Origin: Pseudomonadota bacterium
GTDB taxonomy: Bacteria; Bdellovibrionota; Bdellovibrionia; Bdellovibrionales; SG-bin7
Length of the DNA stretch: 64,000 nt
Reading direction: 5' to 3'
Assembly (NCBI GenBank): GCA_034439715.1
Contig: JAWXAY010000029.1
Location: 32,001 to 96,000 of the forward strand
Positions 30,362 through 40,414 of the stretch are shown piece after piece. The position numbers and the translations under genes are program-made. Each line of letters opens with the position of its first letter. Position 1 is the stretch's first letter. The notes beneath the pieces were generated by a model. It saw only the letters and a program-made list of their open reading frames with translations. It ran no database searches and was not told the DNA's origin.

Positions 30362-31567
30362 CTACTTTCTTGCAACGTCGATGCCAGCACAAAATCGCAC
30401 CATCCGAACTACCGCTTCCTCTAATTTTTTTTCATTCAAGGCGTAGCTGACGCGAATGTATCCCTCTAGACCAAAGGATAGCCCATCAACCGTCGCTACT
30501 AAAAAATCTTCTAAAAGTATTTTTACAAAGTCCTGAGAGCCTGAAATTTCTTTACCCTGCCATTTTTTACCTATGAACTTTCTGATATCCAGCCAAAAAT
30601 AAAAAGCTCCGGAAGGTATAGAAAAATCAAGGCCTTCAATTGAACGAAGTTTTTCGGCAAAAAAATCGCGACGCTTTTTTAATTTGACTACAGCGTGCTG
30701 AATTTCTTGGTCGGCGTTTTTAATTCCTTCTAGGGCCGCCACCTGCGAAATCGATGCAGCACAACTGACCGTCTGGCTTTGATAAACATTCATGCCCGCG
30801 ATCCACCACTTAGGACCCAAAGCCCAGCCTACACGCCAACCCGTCATAGAGTAGGACTTTGAAACACCGCTGACCACCAATACGCGGTCTCTCAGGCGTG
30901 GCTCCACTTGCAAAATGTGCGGTGCCACATTGGCCTCAAAATAAAGACGATTGTAAATATCATCGGTCAGCACAAACACGTGCGGATTTTTTAGAAGCAC
31001 TTGAGCCAACTCTCGAAGCTCGTCTTCAGAGTAAGTCTCGCCGGTAGGATTACTAGGTGAATTGATAATCAAAACTTTAGTTTTTCGCGAGATTGATTCT
31101 TCAAGGTGCTTGGCAGTTAATTTAAATCCACTTTTTTTTTCGCAAACAATGATTTTGGATTTACCCTCGCACAGCTGCACCATGTCGGGGTAGCTTACCC
31201 AATAGGGCGCTGGAATTAGTATTTCGTCGCCCGGATTACAAACTGATTGAAGCGCGCTAAAAATAATAAACTTACCGCCAGTGGAGACTGTCGCTTCGCT
31301 CAGCTCATATTTAACACCCGTCTCTATGAGCGTTTGATTAATAATAGCTTGTCGCAATTCAGGATAGCCTTCGGTCGGAGCATATTTTGTTTTACCCATC
31401 TCAATGGCTTGCACTCCACCCACTTTAGCTGCAGGAAATGTATCCCAATCGGGCTCTCCAACGGTTAAGGAAATTACGTCCTTGCCTTCTGCGGCCATGG
31501 CCTTAGCTTTCGCTGAAAGCGCTAAAGTCGGAGAGGGTCTTAGAGATTTAATTCTGTCGGATAACAT
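30362..31567 (-). CDS. PLP-dependent class I aminotransferase (aspartate aminotransferase-like)
   Basis: GEPD, NSPSNPTG, DDIY, SKSYSMTGWRVG. Confidence 0.93.
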   Translation of the reverse strand: MLSDRIKSLRPSPTLALSAKAKAMAAEGKDVISLTVGEPDWDTFPAAKVGGVQAIEMGKTKYAPTEGYPELRQAIINQTLIETGVKYELSEATVSTGGKFIIFSALQSVCNPGDEILIPAPYWVSYPDMVQLCEGKSKIIVCEKKSGFKLTAKHLEESISRKTKVLIINSPSNPTGETYSEDELRELAQVLLKNPHVFVLTDDIYNRLYFEANVAPHILQVEPRLRDRVLVVSGVSKSYSMTGWRVGWALGPKWWIAGMNVYQSQTVSCAASISQVAALEGIKNADQEIQHAVVKLKKRRDFFAEKLRSIEGLDFSIPSGAFYFWLDIRKFIGKKWQGKEISGSQDFVKILLEDFLVATVDGLSFGLEGYIRVSYALNEKKLEEAVVRMVRFCAGIDVARK

Positions 31568-32039
31568 GTAGTTTTTCTTTCAAGGCCTGAGATACATTGG
31601 GCGGCACAAAGGCTTTTAAATCTCCACCAAATTGGGCAATTTCTTTGATTGCCGAAGAGGCAATAAACTGAAACTCAGCATTTGGAAATAAAACCAAAGT
31701 TTCAATATCAGGGGCCAGACGTTTATTCATCTGTGCTATGACAATTTCATTTTCAAAGTCATTGGCAGAGCGTACCCCGCGGACCATCACTTGGGCATGG
31801 ACTTTTTTTAAAAACTCGGTTGTGAGTCCCACGTGAGTTTGCACTTCCACATTTTTAATATGTGTCAGGGCTTTTTCGATGAGAGTCCGCCGCTCAGCGG
31901 CCGAAAAAATATAGGTTTTTTTACTAGAATGCGAGACCAGCACAATGAGTTTATCAAAAACTTTTGAAACACGTTGGATGATATCCAAATGTCCAAGGGT
32001 TAGGGGATCAAAACTACCAGGGTATACAGCAAGACTCAC
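31548..32039 (-). CDS. coaD: phosphopantetheine adenylyltransferase
   Basis: YPGSFDPLTLGHLDII; RGVRSANDFENE; SSAIKEIA. Confidence 0.96.
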   Translation of the reverse strand: MSLAVYPGSFDPLTLGHLDIIQRVSKVFDKLIVLVSHSSKKTYIFSAAERRTLIEKALTHIKNVEVQTHVGLTTEFLKKVHAQVMVRGVRSANDFENEIVIAQMNKRLAPDIETLVLFPNAEFQFIASSAIKEIAQFGGDLKAFVPPNVSQALKEKLHVIRQN

Positions 32040-32041
32040 AT

Positions 32042-32584
32042 TTAACTCCGAAATACAGATAAGACCTTATCACCATAGTTTCGCTGTGTTTGTCCAATTA
32101 AATTACCATATTTAGTCTCAATGCGCTCTTTTTTTGCAGTCTCTAATGCCACTACTGTGTCGATCTTGATGGCCTTGCTCTCACAGAGCGCTAACATCAC
32201 ATCGTGCCCTATGGCCTTCGTGAATGGTGGGTCTATTAGAATGACCTCGAAAGGTTCTCCGCTATAGTCTTTTAGAAAAGCAAAGACATCCATTCCAAGA
32301 ATTGTTACTTGGCCAGTGATCTCAAATAATTTTAAATTCTCGCGTATAATAGTAAGCGACTTTTTATGGATTTCGACAAAGGTTACCTGCTCTGCGCCGC
32401 GAGATAGTGCTTCGATACCCAAATTACCGGTGCCCGAAAATAAATCTAACACTTTTGCCTCAGGTAAATCTGCGGCAATAATATTAAAAAGACTCTCTTT
32501 GACTCGATCTGTTGTGGGCCGAATATGACTTGCCGAAAATGAGGATAGTCTTCGACCTTTAAATTTTCCGCTGATGATTCTCAT
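32042..32584 (-). CDS. rsmD: 16S rRNA G966 methyltransferase
   Basis: MRIISG, RPTTDRVKESLFN, DLFSGTG, DPPF; adjacent to coaD. Confidence 0.95.
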   Translation of the reverse strand: MRIISGKFKGRRLSSFSASHIRPTTDRVKESLFNIIAADLPEAKVLDLFSGTGNLGIEALSRGAEQVTFVEIHKKSLTIIRENLKLFEITGQVTILGMDVFAFLKDYSGEPFEVILIDPPFTKAIGHDVMLALCESKAIKIDTVVALETAKKERIETKYGNLIGQTQRNYGDKVLSVFRS

Positions 32585-32931
32585 ACAAGCTCTTTTGCCC
32601 TCTTCACGACCGCGAATATATCATCAAATGGTTTTTCGATAAAGTCGTCAGCTCCAACCTGTTTAGCGGTCTCTTGGCTTTGCTCTCCCGTAAAGGCCGA
32701 CATCATGACCACTTTGCCGGTTTTTCGATTGCCTAACTCGATAAGAACTTCTGGGCCTGTCAGCTTAGGCATAATAATATCTAAAAAGGTTAAGTCAGGT
32801 GAAACTTTTAACCAAGCGTCTAGACCCTGTTGCCCATCCACGGCCAGAACGACCGTGTCGCCAAGGCTTTCCAAAACACGTTTTAGTGTGTATCGGACCA
32901 AAGGTTCGTCATCGACAATGAGAACCTTCAT
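32581..32931 (-). CDS. single-domain response regulator
   Basis: VLIVDDE, LDIIMP, MSA, KPF. Confidence 0.92.
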   Translation of the reverse strand: MKVLIVDDEPLVRYTLKRVLESLGDTVVLAVDGQQGLDAWLKVSPDLTFLDIIMPKLTGPEVLIELGNRKTGKVVMMSAFTGEQSQETAKQVGADDFIEKPFDDIFAVVKRAKELV

Positions 32932-34958
32932 TTTTCAAAACCGACAATGGGTAAAGTGATGGTGAAGGTAGTTCCTACATTGACTTGGCTCACCACTGAA
33001 ATTTTACCCCCATAGCGCTCTATAACATTTTTACTCATGCTCAGACCAATGCCTGTACCCTGTTCGGCACCTTTTGTAGTAAAGAAGGGTTCAAATATTT
33101 GATTCTGATCGGATTCGGCAATTCCATGCCCCGTATCCTGCACCGTCAACTGGGCCCAAGCTTTATCGTCGTGAAAACTTTTTGAAGTTGATATTGTTAG
33201 TTGGCCAGGCTGCCTCATGGCTTGACAAGCATTGAGCAAAAGATTGAATACAACTTGCTGCACAAGGTGACTTTCGACTTTAACGATTAAGTCTTCTTTG
33301 CAAAGCTCTACGAAATTGCGATGGTCACGCATACCTGACTGTAATAAAGGTAACGTCTTACTAACAATTTCGTTCAGAGAAAACTCTCCGACGTTACTAA
33401 TTTCAAATGGCTGAGAAAACTCTAAAAGGTTTTTGATAGTTTTTTGTGAGCGCTCTGCGGCATTTTCAATTTCTTTAAGGTCACTAGACAGTTGCGTTTT
33501 CTGGGCTAGCGTTTTCTGGGCTGTAGACGAAACATCGTGGATTAAAAACTGGGCCAAGGATCTTATTCCCGTTAAGGGGTTATTTAGTTCGTGGGCAATA
33601 TTAGCCGCAAGGGCTCCAACGGCAACCATTTTTTCGTTTTGCACCAGTCGCGAAAATAATTTTCGCTCAATGGTAACATCCACATAATGATTAATTACAT
33701 TCGTGATACCGCCACCGGGCGAAACCTCGATGGGGTAGGAATGAACTTCATAGATTTTATCTTTAGCCCTAATTCGACTCACACTTGAATTTCCTGAAGA
33801 CAGTGATTTTATCACCGGACAGCCAGGACAAATATCATCTCGGCTCGCCAAATTTTTATGACATTTTCCCGACACGCGGCTCTGGGTAAAAGATTTATTA
33901 TGTCGCACCAAATTGTAGTCAAAATCGATAATGGCGACGGGGTCTTGAATGCTATCAAAAGTCTGCTCCCACTGCTTCGAGGCAAATCGTGTCTGCTGCT
34001 CCAACAGGATGCGATCTAGTGACAGCATGATCGGCTGAATTCGTTGGAATAAAAAATCTAAAAATGTTGCCAAACTCGCGCCCGAGAATAAATACTCAAA
34101 ATAAATTACGGTTGGAATGCGTGTTTTACCGAGAGGGACCGCCACCACATTAGCAAAAGGCCTTGAAAAAATATTTGCCAAATAATGTTGATCCTCCTTA
34201 AAGCCCGCTCTCATTTCCTGAAGCTCAGGCCAAATATGAGAAGTTTCGACCTCGATAAGATCTTTACCCCTAAATGTTACCAAACGCTTGACCCCGGCAG
34301 GAGTGGTGTAAGCGAGCACGGGAGGACTGACACCATGAATTTTTCTGACCTCAACCCCAATAACTCCCAACCAATCATCGATGATATTTGCCAATGAAAG
34401 ATTCTTAATAAAACCTAAGAGTCCGCGCATAATTTTTGACTGCTGTGCGTCTTGTTCGCGCGAGCTTTCGACGCTGCGAGTTCGCTCTTCGACAAGAAAT
34501 TCTAGGTTGTGCGTAAGCTCTTCGAGTTTTTTATTTTGCAAACTGATTTCTTGTAGAATTTTAGTTTGCGACTTTGTTTTGCGACTGTGATTGGCCGCAC
34601 CCAAAACTAATTCCTTAAAGACATTCGACTCTAAGCCAGTATCGACAACTCGGTAAATACCTACTTCGTTAACCAGGCTAACTAATTCGCCCTCATTGGT
34701 AGCGCTTGAAAATATTACGCGGGCGGCTGAGGGCATATGACGTTTGGCAAAAAGCAAAAAGTCTGAACTGTCTTTGAACTTAAAAGACTTATCAACCACA
34801 ACTACTTCGACTTCTTGGTTTTTTAAAAAGAGCTGGCCAGACTCAAAGTTTGACTCAGTACGAAGATCGACATCAACGCCAGCTAAAGATTGCCTTAACT
34901 GTTCAATCCCTTTGTCATTTTGACTGATCCACAGCACCTTCGCCGGAGAACTGTTCAC
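32928..34958 (-). CDS. sensor histidine kinase with degenerate N-terminal receiver-like and PAS domains
   Basis: H-box AHELNNPL; NLLLNA, DTGHGI, FFTTK, GTGIGL. Confidence 0.9.
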   Translation of the reverse strand: MNSSPAKVLWISQNDKGIEQLRQSLAGVDVDLRTESNFESGQLFLKNQEVEVVVVDKSFKFKDSSDFLLFAKRHMPSAARVIFSSATNEGELVSLVNEVGIYRVVDTGLESNVFKELVLGAANHSRKTKSQTKILQEISLQNKKLEELTHNLEFLVEERTRSVESSREQDAQQSKIMRGLLGFIKNLSLANIIDDWLGVIGVEVRKIHGVSPPVLAYTTPAGVKRLVTFRGKDLIEVETSHIWPELQEMRAGFKEDQHYLANIFSRPFANVVAVPLGKTRIPTVIYFEYLFSGASLATFLDFLFQRIQPIMLSLDRILLEQQTRFASKQWEQTFDSIQDPVAIIDFDYNLVRHNKSFTQSRVSGKCHKNLASRDDICPGCPVIKSLSSGNSSVSRIRAKDKIYEVHSYPIEVSPGGGITNVINHYVDVTIERKLFSRLVQNEKMVAVGALAANIAHELNNPLTGIRSLAQFLIHDVSSTAQKTLAQKTQLSSDLKEIENAAERSQKTIKNLLEFSQPFEISNVGEFSLNEIVSKTLPLLQSGMRDHRNFVELCKEDLIVKVESHLVQQVVFNLLLNACQAMRQPGQLTISTSKSFHDDKAWAQLTVQDTGHGIAESDQNQIFEPFFTTKGAEQGTGIGLSMSKNVIERYGGKISVVSQVNVGTTFTITLPIVGFEK

Positions 34959-35556
34959 GGTTGTTTAACTCCAGTTTTTGAAGATTATCTTTTGCCCAAG
35001 CTAGCCAAGTGTCAAATAAATTATGTAGTTCGTATTCTACCAGGTCGGCAACCAGCACGTAATCTTTTCTTTCGTAGGCCTTCATGATTTCACGAATCAA
35101 AGTCGCAAAGTGCTCCTCAACAAACACACTCTCGGAAATATCTTTAGAGGAGCGCTTAAGTTCAATAAGTGAGTTGATGTAGTAGCGACAAGAGTCTAAC
35201 ATTGTGATAAAACTTTTTTGGCCTTTTTCGAGATCGCCCGATTGAAAATATTTTGCAGTTTCAAGTAGAACACTTTTAATGTTAGGAATCCACAGCACGT
35301 AGTTTTTTAGCAAACCCAAAACGAGTTCATCAAGTGTACCATAGACAATTTCAAGTTCATTAATGTCTTCCCGGTTTGTGCTCGCGAACTTGATCTCATC
35401 GTCTTCGCCAATACCCATACCATTCACATTGATACGGCAAACATATTCCCCAGATGGACGCCCACTTTTTTCTACGTCTTCAATTATTTCTTTGAGATTG
35501 TTACACTGCTCAAACCGGCTTTCGATCTCATTTTTTTCAAATCTGACGGTTTTCAT
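34915..35556 (-). CDS. hypothetical helical protein of the flagellar glycosylation operon
   Basis: C-terminal DYVLVADLVEYEL helix; overlaps both neighbours. Confidence 0.7.
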   Translation of the reverse strand: MKTVRFEKNEIESRFEQCNNLKEIIEDVEKSGRPSGEYVCRINVNGMGIGEDDEIKFASTNREDINELEIVYGTLDELVLGLLKNYVLWIPNIKSVLLETAKYFQSGDLEKGQKSFITMLDSCRYYINSLIELKRSSKDISESVFVEEHFATLIREIMKAYERKDYVLVADLVEYELHNLFDTWLAWAKDNLQKLELNNREQFSGEGAVDQSK

Positions 35557-37003
35557 CAAATACCCCTTCCTTGGAATTTTTTACTGGACCCAGATATAAT
35601 GATAATACATGATCGAGACCCTGACAAATCTTAAGCGTTTTCTGAGCTAGGTCCCCTACCTTTCCCGGTATTATTCGAATTTTCTCAGTCTCATACCACC
35701 GAATTAACGGAGAAAGTTCAGGACAAAGGTTTTTAATGCGCGCGATTAAGTCTTCGCTGCGATCAATTATCGCCGCATGCAGTTGGCTTTCTTTACTCTT
35801 TATAATCATCTCGATCTGCTCACCAATGACTGATAGGACTTCTCTGAGTTGGATCATACCCATTAACATTCGCTCACTTGGGGCGCTGGGCAATTCCCCA
35901 CCCATGTAAACAGCCTGGATCAATTGCCAAGGTAAAGAAAAACCTTTCGAATTAAGTTGAAGGAAGGAGGGAACATCAAATACACTTTCGGCTTCGCAAC
36001 AAAACGCCTTTTCTCCATGAATCATGTTTAGGCTCTCTAATACAACGTCAGTCGGACTAATTTCGTGCATTGATTTAGCGTAAAGTATGCGACTGCCTCT
36101 TGAACGTGGACCTGTTTCCCAAAAGTTAACTGCCGCTGAACTTAAATTAAGGCATTTGGTATCCACCAAATTGGCTACGTTCATAAGGGCACTGTCGGCA
36201 GCAACTATTAGCCGCGCCTGTTTTACAAGATCGAACAAGTCCGAAAAGCTTGTGCGACCAACCAAATTAATCAGGCGCGATGAACTAGAAACCGTTTCAA
36301 TTTTTTCAGCAATGGACAATTCCCCTTTTGTACCTATAAGCCCAATATTCAAATCACTGGAATTTAGAAACCCCTTGATAACCTCGATCCACTGCTGACT
36401 CTGAAACGTCTTATTTTTTTGGCTTGCACCAATGTGAATGAGAATTGAATTCAGAGGTAAATTAAATCTGTTTTTAGGAGGCACCTGACAGCTAAAATCT
36501 TCAGGCATGAGATTTATTCCTGCCACTTGCGCAAACATATCACAAATGTGGACACGGTTGTTTCTGCCAAGTCCTACTTGAGCATAAAAATAAGCACTGG
36601 CATCATCGGGAATATTCAGAAAACCATCAGAATGCCGCGTGTAGCCTGAGGTAAGCTTAGCTTCAGGATCCAAAATACTACACAAAAAACTCGACAGAGG
36701 GGAAAAACTTAAATTTATAATTCTGTCAAACCTATAGGATTTTAAATCTCTCGTCAGCTCGTTAACATATTTCGTCGAGTCCTCGATTTTAATAGGAAAG
36801 GCCAGTAAAGGATTTAGTACTTCTTTAGCATTAAACCGCCAGACCGCGGTGGCATCTTCAAGCGCGGTTGCTGCATCCTGAAATGTCGATCGTACGAGTA
36901 CGTGAATCTCGGCATTCGGAAAGTTCCGGCGCAGTGCTTTTACGGGCGGCACAGTCTGTAGAATATCACCGAAGCGTGCGAGTTGCGTTACCAGTATTTT
37001 CAT
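35537..37003 (-). CDS. GT9 (heptosyltransferase-like) glycosyltransferase
   Basis: QLARFGDILQ; HIGASQKNK; NLVGRTS; ADSALMNVA; ETGP. Confidence 0.88.
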   Translation of the reverse strand: MKILVTQLARFGDILQTVPPVKALRRNFPNAEIHVLVRSTFQDAATALEDATAVWRFNAKEVLNPLLAFPIKIEDSTKYVNELTRDLKSYRFDRIINLSFSPLSSFLCSILDPEAKLTSGYTRHSDGFLNIPDDASAYFYAQVGLGRNNRVHICDMFAQVAGINLMPEDFSCQVPPKNRFNLPLNSILIHIGASQKNKTFQSQQWIEVIKGFLNSSDLNIGLIGTKGELSIAEKIETVSSSSRLINLVGRTSFSDLFDLVKQARLIVAADSALMNVANLVDTKCLNLSSAAVNFWETGPRSRGSRILYAKSMHEISPTDVVLESLNMIHGEKAFCCEAESVFDVPSFLQLNSKGFSLPWQLIQAVYMGGELPSAPSERMLMGMIQLREVLSVIGEQIEMIIKSKESQLHAAIIDRSEDLIARIKNLCPELSPLIRWYETEKIRIIPGKVGDLAQKTLKICQGLDHVLSLYLGPVKNSKEGVFDENRQI

Positions 37004-37178
37004 AGTTGATTTGTTCCTTCGCGAGTTCTTTTATAATGCCTAAAATTCTTAGTTCGTCACCAAAACTACCTTGTAAGGCTTTTTCGGCAAATATCTTTTC
37101 TAGCTGGCGGCTAAGATCGCGCCAGTCATTAGCGCCTTCACGAGGGTCTACAGCCACTTTGGGATCTGATGTTTTCAA
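36966..37178 (-). CDS. small 70-aa ORF between the GT9 genes (or frameshifted GT9 C-terminus)
   Basis: GAGGA 7 nt before TTG 37178; overlaps both GT9 genes. Confidence 0.5.
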   Translation of the reverse strand: MKTSDPKVAVDPREGANDWRDLSRQLEKIFAEKALQGSFGDELRILGIIKELAKEQINYENTGNATRTLR

Positions 37179-38334
37179 GATTTGTTCCTCTCTCACCAAT
37201 TTTTACGGCCCGCCACAAATGCCCGGGCGTAAATATCGTCTTGTACATTTCAAATTTCGCTTTAGCGTTTTTAAATATTTCATTTTTTGTCAGCCACAGA
37301 GCGACGATTTCTCCCACTAAGTTGGCTCGAATATCCATAGCGCAATAGTGCTGATCGCGCGAACAGGGCAACCGGTGATGACAGGGGGCACAAGCCTGGC
37401 GAGAAGTAACTATCACACAGTCAGCTAAATACGCACCCGTAAAATTAAAATCACTACTACCGATCGCAACTTCAAGAATTTTAACACGAGCTGCTGTCGC
37501 CAGGTGCTTTATGGCAGTATCACCCGTTATCATCAAACGAGATCGCTTGATGATGCTAAAGGCACATTCGAGATCACAAATGGCGAGCCGCACAGGTATT
37601 CCCATTCTGAGCATTTCCTCATGAGCAGACTTTAGTTCGTCCTCCTCAAATCTTGAGCCCAACCACACAAATTTTTGATTCTGGACTTTGTCTGCAAGCT
37701 CAATTGTCAGTTCCGCAAAGTTATTTACGCCCCAATTTTTTTTGGGGTCGCTTGTCAAAGGTTGAATTACTATGAATCCCGTATCATTTCCAAGAATTTG
37801 TTGTGCGGCGTAGTCGCCTCGATCTGTTGATTTTAGTTTAAGCTGAGACTCGTAAGAGCGATCGTCAACTGCCTGGCCCAACAAATCTGCGTAATGCATG
37901 CCAACTTTTTTTGGCTCCAGATTCAGTTTTTTAAACCAGTCGTTGGTGAGCTCGAGTTTGCCATCAAGATCTGATACCATTCCCCACTTGTCTTTTGCCC
38001 GCAAAAGAGAAATCAAAAATGCCGAAAGAAAGTTTTGCGTGAGATTAACTACTAAATCAAATTTCTCTTCGTTAATTTTTTCGGCGAGGCTGCCGATTCG
38101 GTAATAGGCCTCCAAATAAGAGGACGAATAACAACCTAAACTGTTTTGAATTTCGATGCGATCGAAACCCCAAACTCTATCTACATCAACTAACATGGGT
38201 TCTAAAATTTTATTCTGACTATTTATAAGTAGATGAACTTCGGACTTCGGAAATTTTTTCTTGAGACGCCCAATGGCGGCGGTCGCCATAACCACGTCGC
38301 CCAGTCGCAAAAGGCTCACCACCATAATCTTCAT
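37138..38334 (-). CDS. GT9 (heptosyltransferase-like) glycosyltransferase
   Basis: LLRLGDVV; QPLTSDPKKNW; TGDTAIKHLA; CAPC...C...HYC. Confidence 0.9.
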   Translation of the reverse strand: MKIMVVSLLRLGDVVMATAAIGRLKKKFPKSEVHLLINSQNKILEPMLVDVDRVWGFDRIEIQNSLGCYSSSYLEAYYRIGSLAEKINEEKFDLVVNLTQNFLSAFLISLLRAKDKWGMVSDLDGKLELTNDWFKKLNLEPKKVGMHYADLLGQAVDDRSYESQLKLKSTDRGDYAAQQILGNDTGFIVIQPLTSDPKKNWGVNNFAELTIELADKVQNQKFVWLGSRFEEDELKSAHEEMLRMGIPVRLAICDLECAFSIIKRSRLMITGDTAIKHLATAARVKILEVAIGSSDFNFTGAYLADCVIVTSRQACAPCHHRLPCSRDQHYCAMDIRANLVGEIVALWLTKNEIFKNAKAKFEMYKTIFTPGHLWRAVKIGERGTNLENIRSQSGCRPS

Positions 38335-38966
38335 CGCACAAGCTCCCTACAAATGCGCGTCATGGCACCAAAGTTTCCAAGCTTCAGTTGATCGACCGCC
38401 ATTACTCGAGCCACATCTTTAATTGAAAGTGGTCCGTCAAGAGCGCCAAGGGATTTTTCAAGTTTAACGGCGTGAGCGCTCAACTCGGGGTTTATCTTCA
38501 TGAGAAACCTTAAGCTCGCCGGGGTTCGCCCCAATATAATCATCTCAAGATTTGAAAGCGCCGTTCTCTCGACTTGAAAGCTCGCCGGATGCCTAAGTAC
38601 AGAATAGAGTTCGCTTAACCTCGTCCGTAATTCTGGCGACGCCATAATAGCGTCTTGATTCATCACATTGAGAATCTTGACTCTCTTGCCCTGCGTGGGG
38701 CCCTCGAGCTTAACCCATTTGATGACGTTTAAATCGGGCTCAAGAACAATTATTTTATTGAGTGGAAATTTCAACGATGCCCAATGGGTGTGGTAACCGC
38801 AACCCAAACCTAAAACAATAGTAACGTCAAATTTTTCGAAGGCTAAAGAATTTTTGCTAACCCAGGCCTCGGCCTCGCGTAGCGGGTTGTTTGCGGAGGC
38901 CAGCCTAATTCCATTCTTCAAAAAAATGGCCGCGCCTGTCGAGGCATGCAGTGTTTCTAAATTCAT
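38331..38966 (-). CDS. protein resembling the N-terminal domain of Maf (motility accessory factor)
   Basis: LASANNPLREAEAW...VLGLGCGYH...IIVLEPD. Confidence 0.7.
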   Translation of the reverse strand: MNLETLHASTGAAIFLKNGIRLASANNPLREAEAWVSKNSLAFEKFDVTIVLGLGCGYHTHWASLKFPLNKIIVLEPDLNVIKWVKLEGPTQGKRVKILNVMNQDAIMASPELRTRLSELYSVLRHPASFQVERTALSNLEMIILGRTPASLRFLMKINPELSAHAVKLEKSLGALDGPLSIKDVARVMAVDQLKLGNFGAMTRICRELVR

Positions 38967-38969
38967 CTT

Positions 38970-39836
38970 TTAAACCTTAGTAAGCTCTAGTTCAATTAAG
39001 TTGAAAACCTGTTGGGCTTCGCGATTGGTGCTTTGATTTTTTAGTAAGGGTAGAATAGTTTCTCGCGCCTGTAGGTAATCTCCCTGGCAGTAAAGTATTT
39101 TACTCAATGCCAAACGCATTTCCGTGGAATCATTGACATTAGCTAAATAGTTTTTTAAAAAATTTGCGGAACTCCCGAGTCGACCGTCAGATACTCCCCA
39201 CTCAATCGAAAGAGCAAGTGCTGTTTCATTGCCTGGATTTTCATCCAATGCCCTATGAAGATCGGCCCAACTTAACTCGTGATCGTTAAACTCGCGATGG
39301 ACCAGCGCTAATCCTACCCAGGCTTTGTCATTTTTAGAATTAATTTCAATCGCTTGGCGAAATCTTTCTACCGCTTTGGCCAAATTCTTTCTTTGAATTT
39401 CAAGAATTCCATAATTCACAAAAAGGATATCGGATTTACTATCAATAGTGTGAGCCTTATTAAAATTCTCCTCTGCACCATCAAAATCAGAAGTCGTCAG
39501 CGCGATATTGCCGAGATTTTTATAAGTATCGAATAAAATCTCTAAATTATAGTGATAGGTCGTTAGTATTTGCTGATAGATTTCTGTGGCGGCCTTATAA
39601 TTACCTTTTGTAAAATTATCTCTAGCCTGAGCGTTTAGCGCTTCTATAGACAGAGAATTTTTTTGAGACTCTATTGTAAACTCTTGGTCAAACTCGCTGA
39701 GCATGCGATTGAGATCTGACTTTACTCCCGGTCTTGGACGCTGCGCTTTTGGTTCTTCGAATGTGTTCTTAACGTCGTCGATTAATAAAAATTCAATTTC
39801 AGGATCATTATTTTCTATCGACTCAAGTCCAGTCAT
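38970..39836 (-). CDS. TPR repeat protein
   Basis: Multiple TPR units; AAGGGG RBS before ATG 39836. Confidence 0.85.
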   Translation of the reverse strand: MTGLESIENNDPEIEFLLIDDVKNTFEEPKAQRPRPGVKSDLNRMLSEFDQEFTIESQKNSLSIEALNAQARDNFTKGNYKAATEIYQQILTTYHYNLEILFDTYKNLGNIALTTSDFDGAEENFNKAHTIDSKSDILFVNYGILEIQRKNLAKAVERFRQAIEINSKNDKAWVGLALVHREFNDHELSWADLHRALDENPGNETALALSIEWGVSDGRLGSSANFLKNYLANVNDSTEMRLALSKILYCQGDYLQARETILPLLKNQSTNREAQQVFNLIELELTKV

Positions 39837-39868
39837 GACACACCCCTTTTGCTTCAATACAAGTATTG

Positions 39869-39884
39869 AGCAATGAATATGCCA
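39869..39884 (-). promoter_or_regulatory. sigma54 (-24/-12) promoter
   Basis: TGGCAT-ATTCA-TTGCT versus consensus TGGCAC-N5-TTGC(A/T). Confidence 0.8.
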
Positions 39885-39979
39885 GCTGTTCAGCTGTGGT
39901 TAGATTTGTAAAGAGCTTTTAATCGCCAATTTTTTGACGAATTTAAACGCTGCGCTGTCAAATTAGGCACGGACTTACT

Positions 39980-40405
39980 TTAAACCTTTTCGTTAAGTTT
40001 ACTTTTACCTTCAACGCCAGGCTTTTCGTAGGTCTCCATGAGTTTACGAGATGTCTGGACGGCTTTAAGCTCAGCTATGATTCCCGACTTTTCTTTTTCG
40101 ATACAAGTAATGATACACAAATCTTGGTCGACGATTTTTTTGACCAGCAAATCCTTTCGATCCAACAGATTTGTCACCTTAATTTTGTTCTCTTTGCTGG
40201 CCGTACCGTCTATGGTGCGACAGAAGTGTTCTATTTGTTCGTCAAGACGACTCATCAGTTTCAGCAAATTCTCTCGACAGTCGTAAAACGACTCTAGATT
40301 ACCAAAGTCGCGGGCCTCTATATTCAATAGTTCGGCCTCATTGATAGTCGTAAATTTTTCTAGAAACATATTTTTTCTCTCTAATAAATCTAAAATCATT
40401 TCCAT
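39980..40405 (-). CDS. flagellar chaperone-like helical protein (FliT/FlgN-like)
   Basis: Helical 141 aa protein directly after fliS. Confidence 0.6.
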   Translation of the reverse strand: MEMILDLLERKNMFLEKFTTINEAELLNIEARDFGNLESFYDCRENLLKLMSRLDEQIEHFCRTIDGTASKENKIKVTNLLDRKDLLVKKIVDQDLCIITCIEKEKSGIIAELKAVQTSRKLMETYEKPGVEGKSKLNEKV

Positions 40406-40414
40406 ATGACCTTC

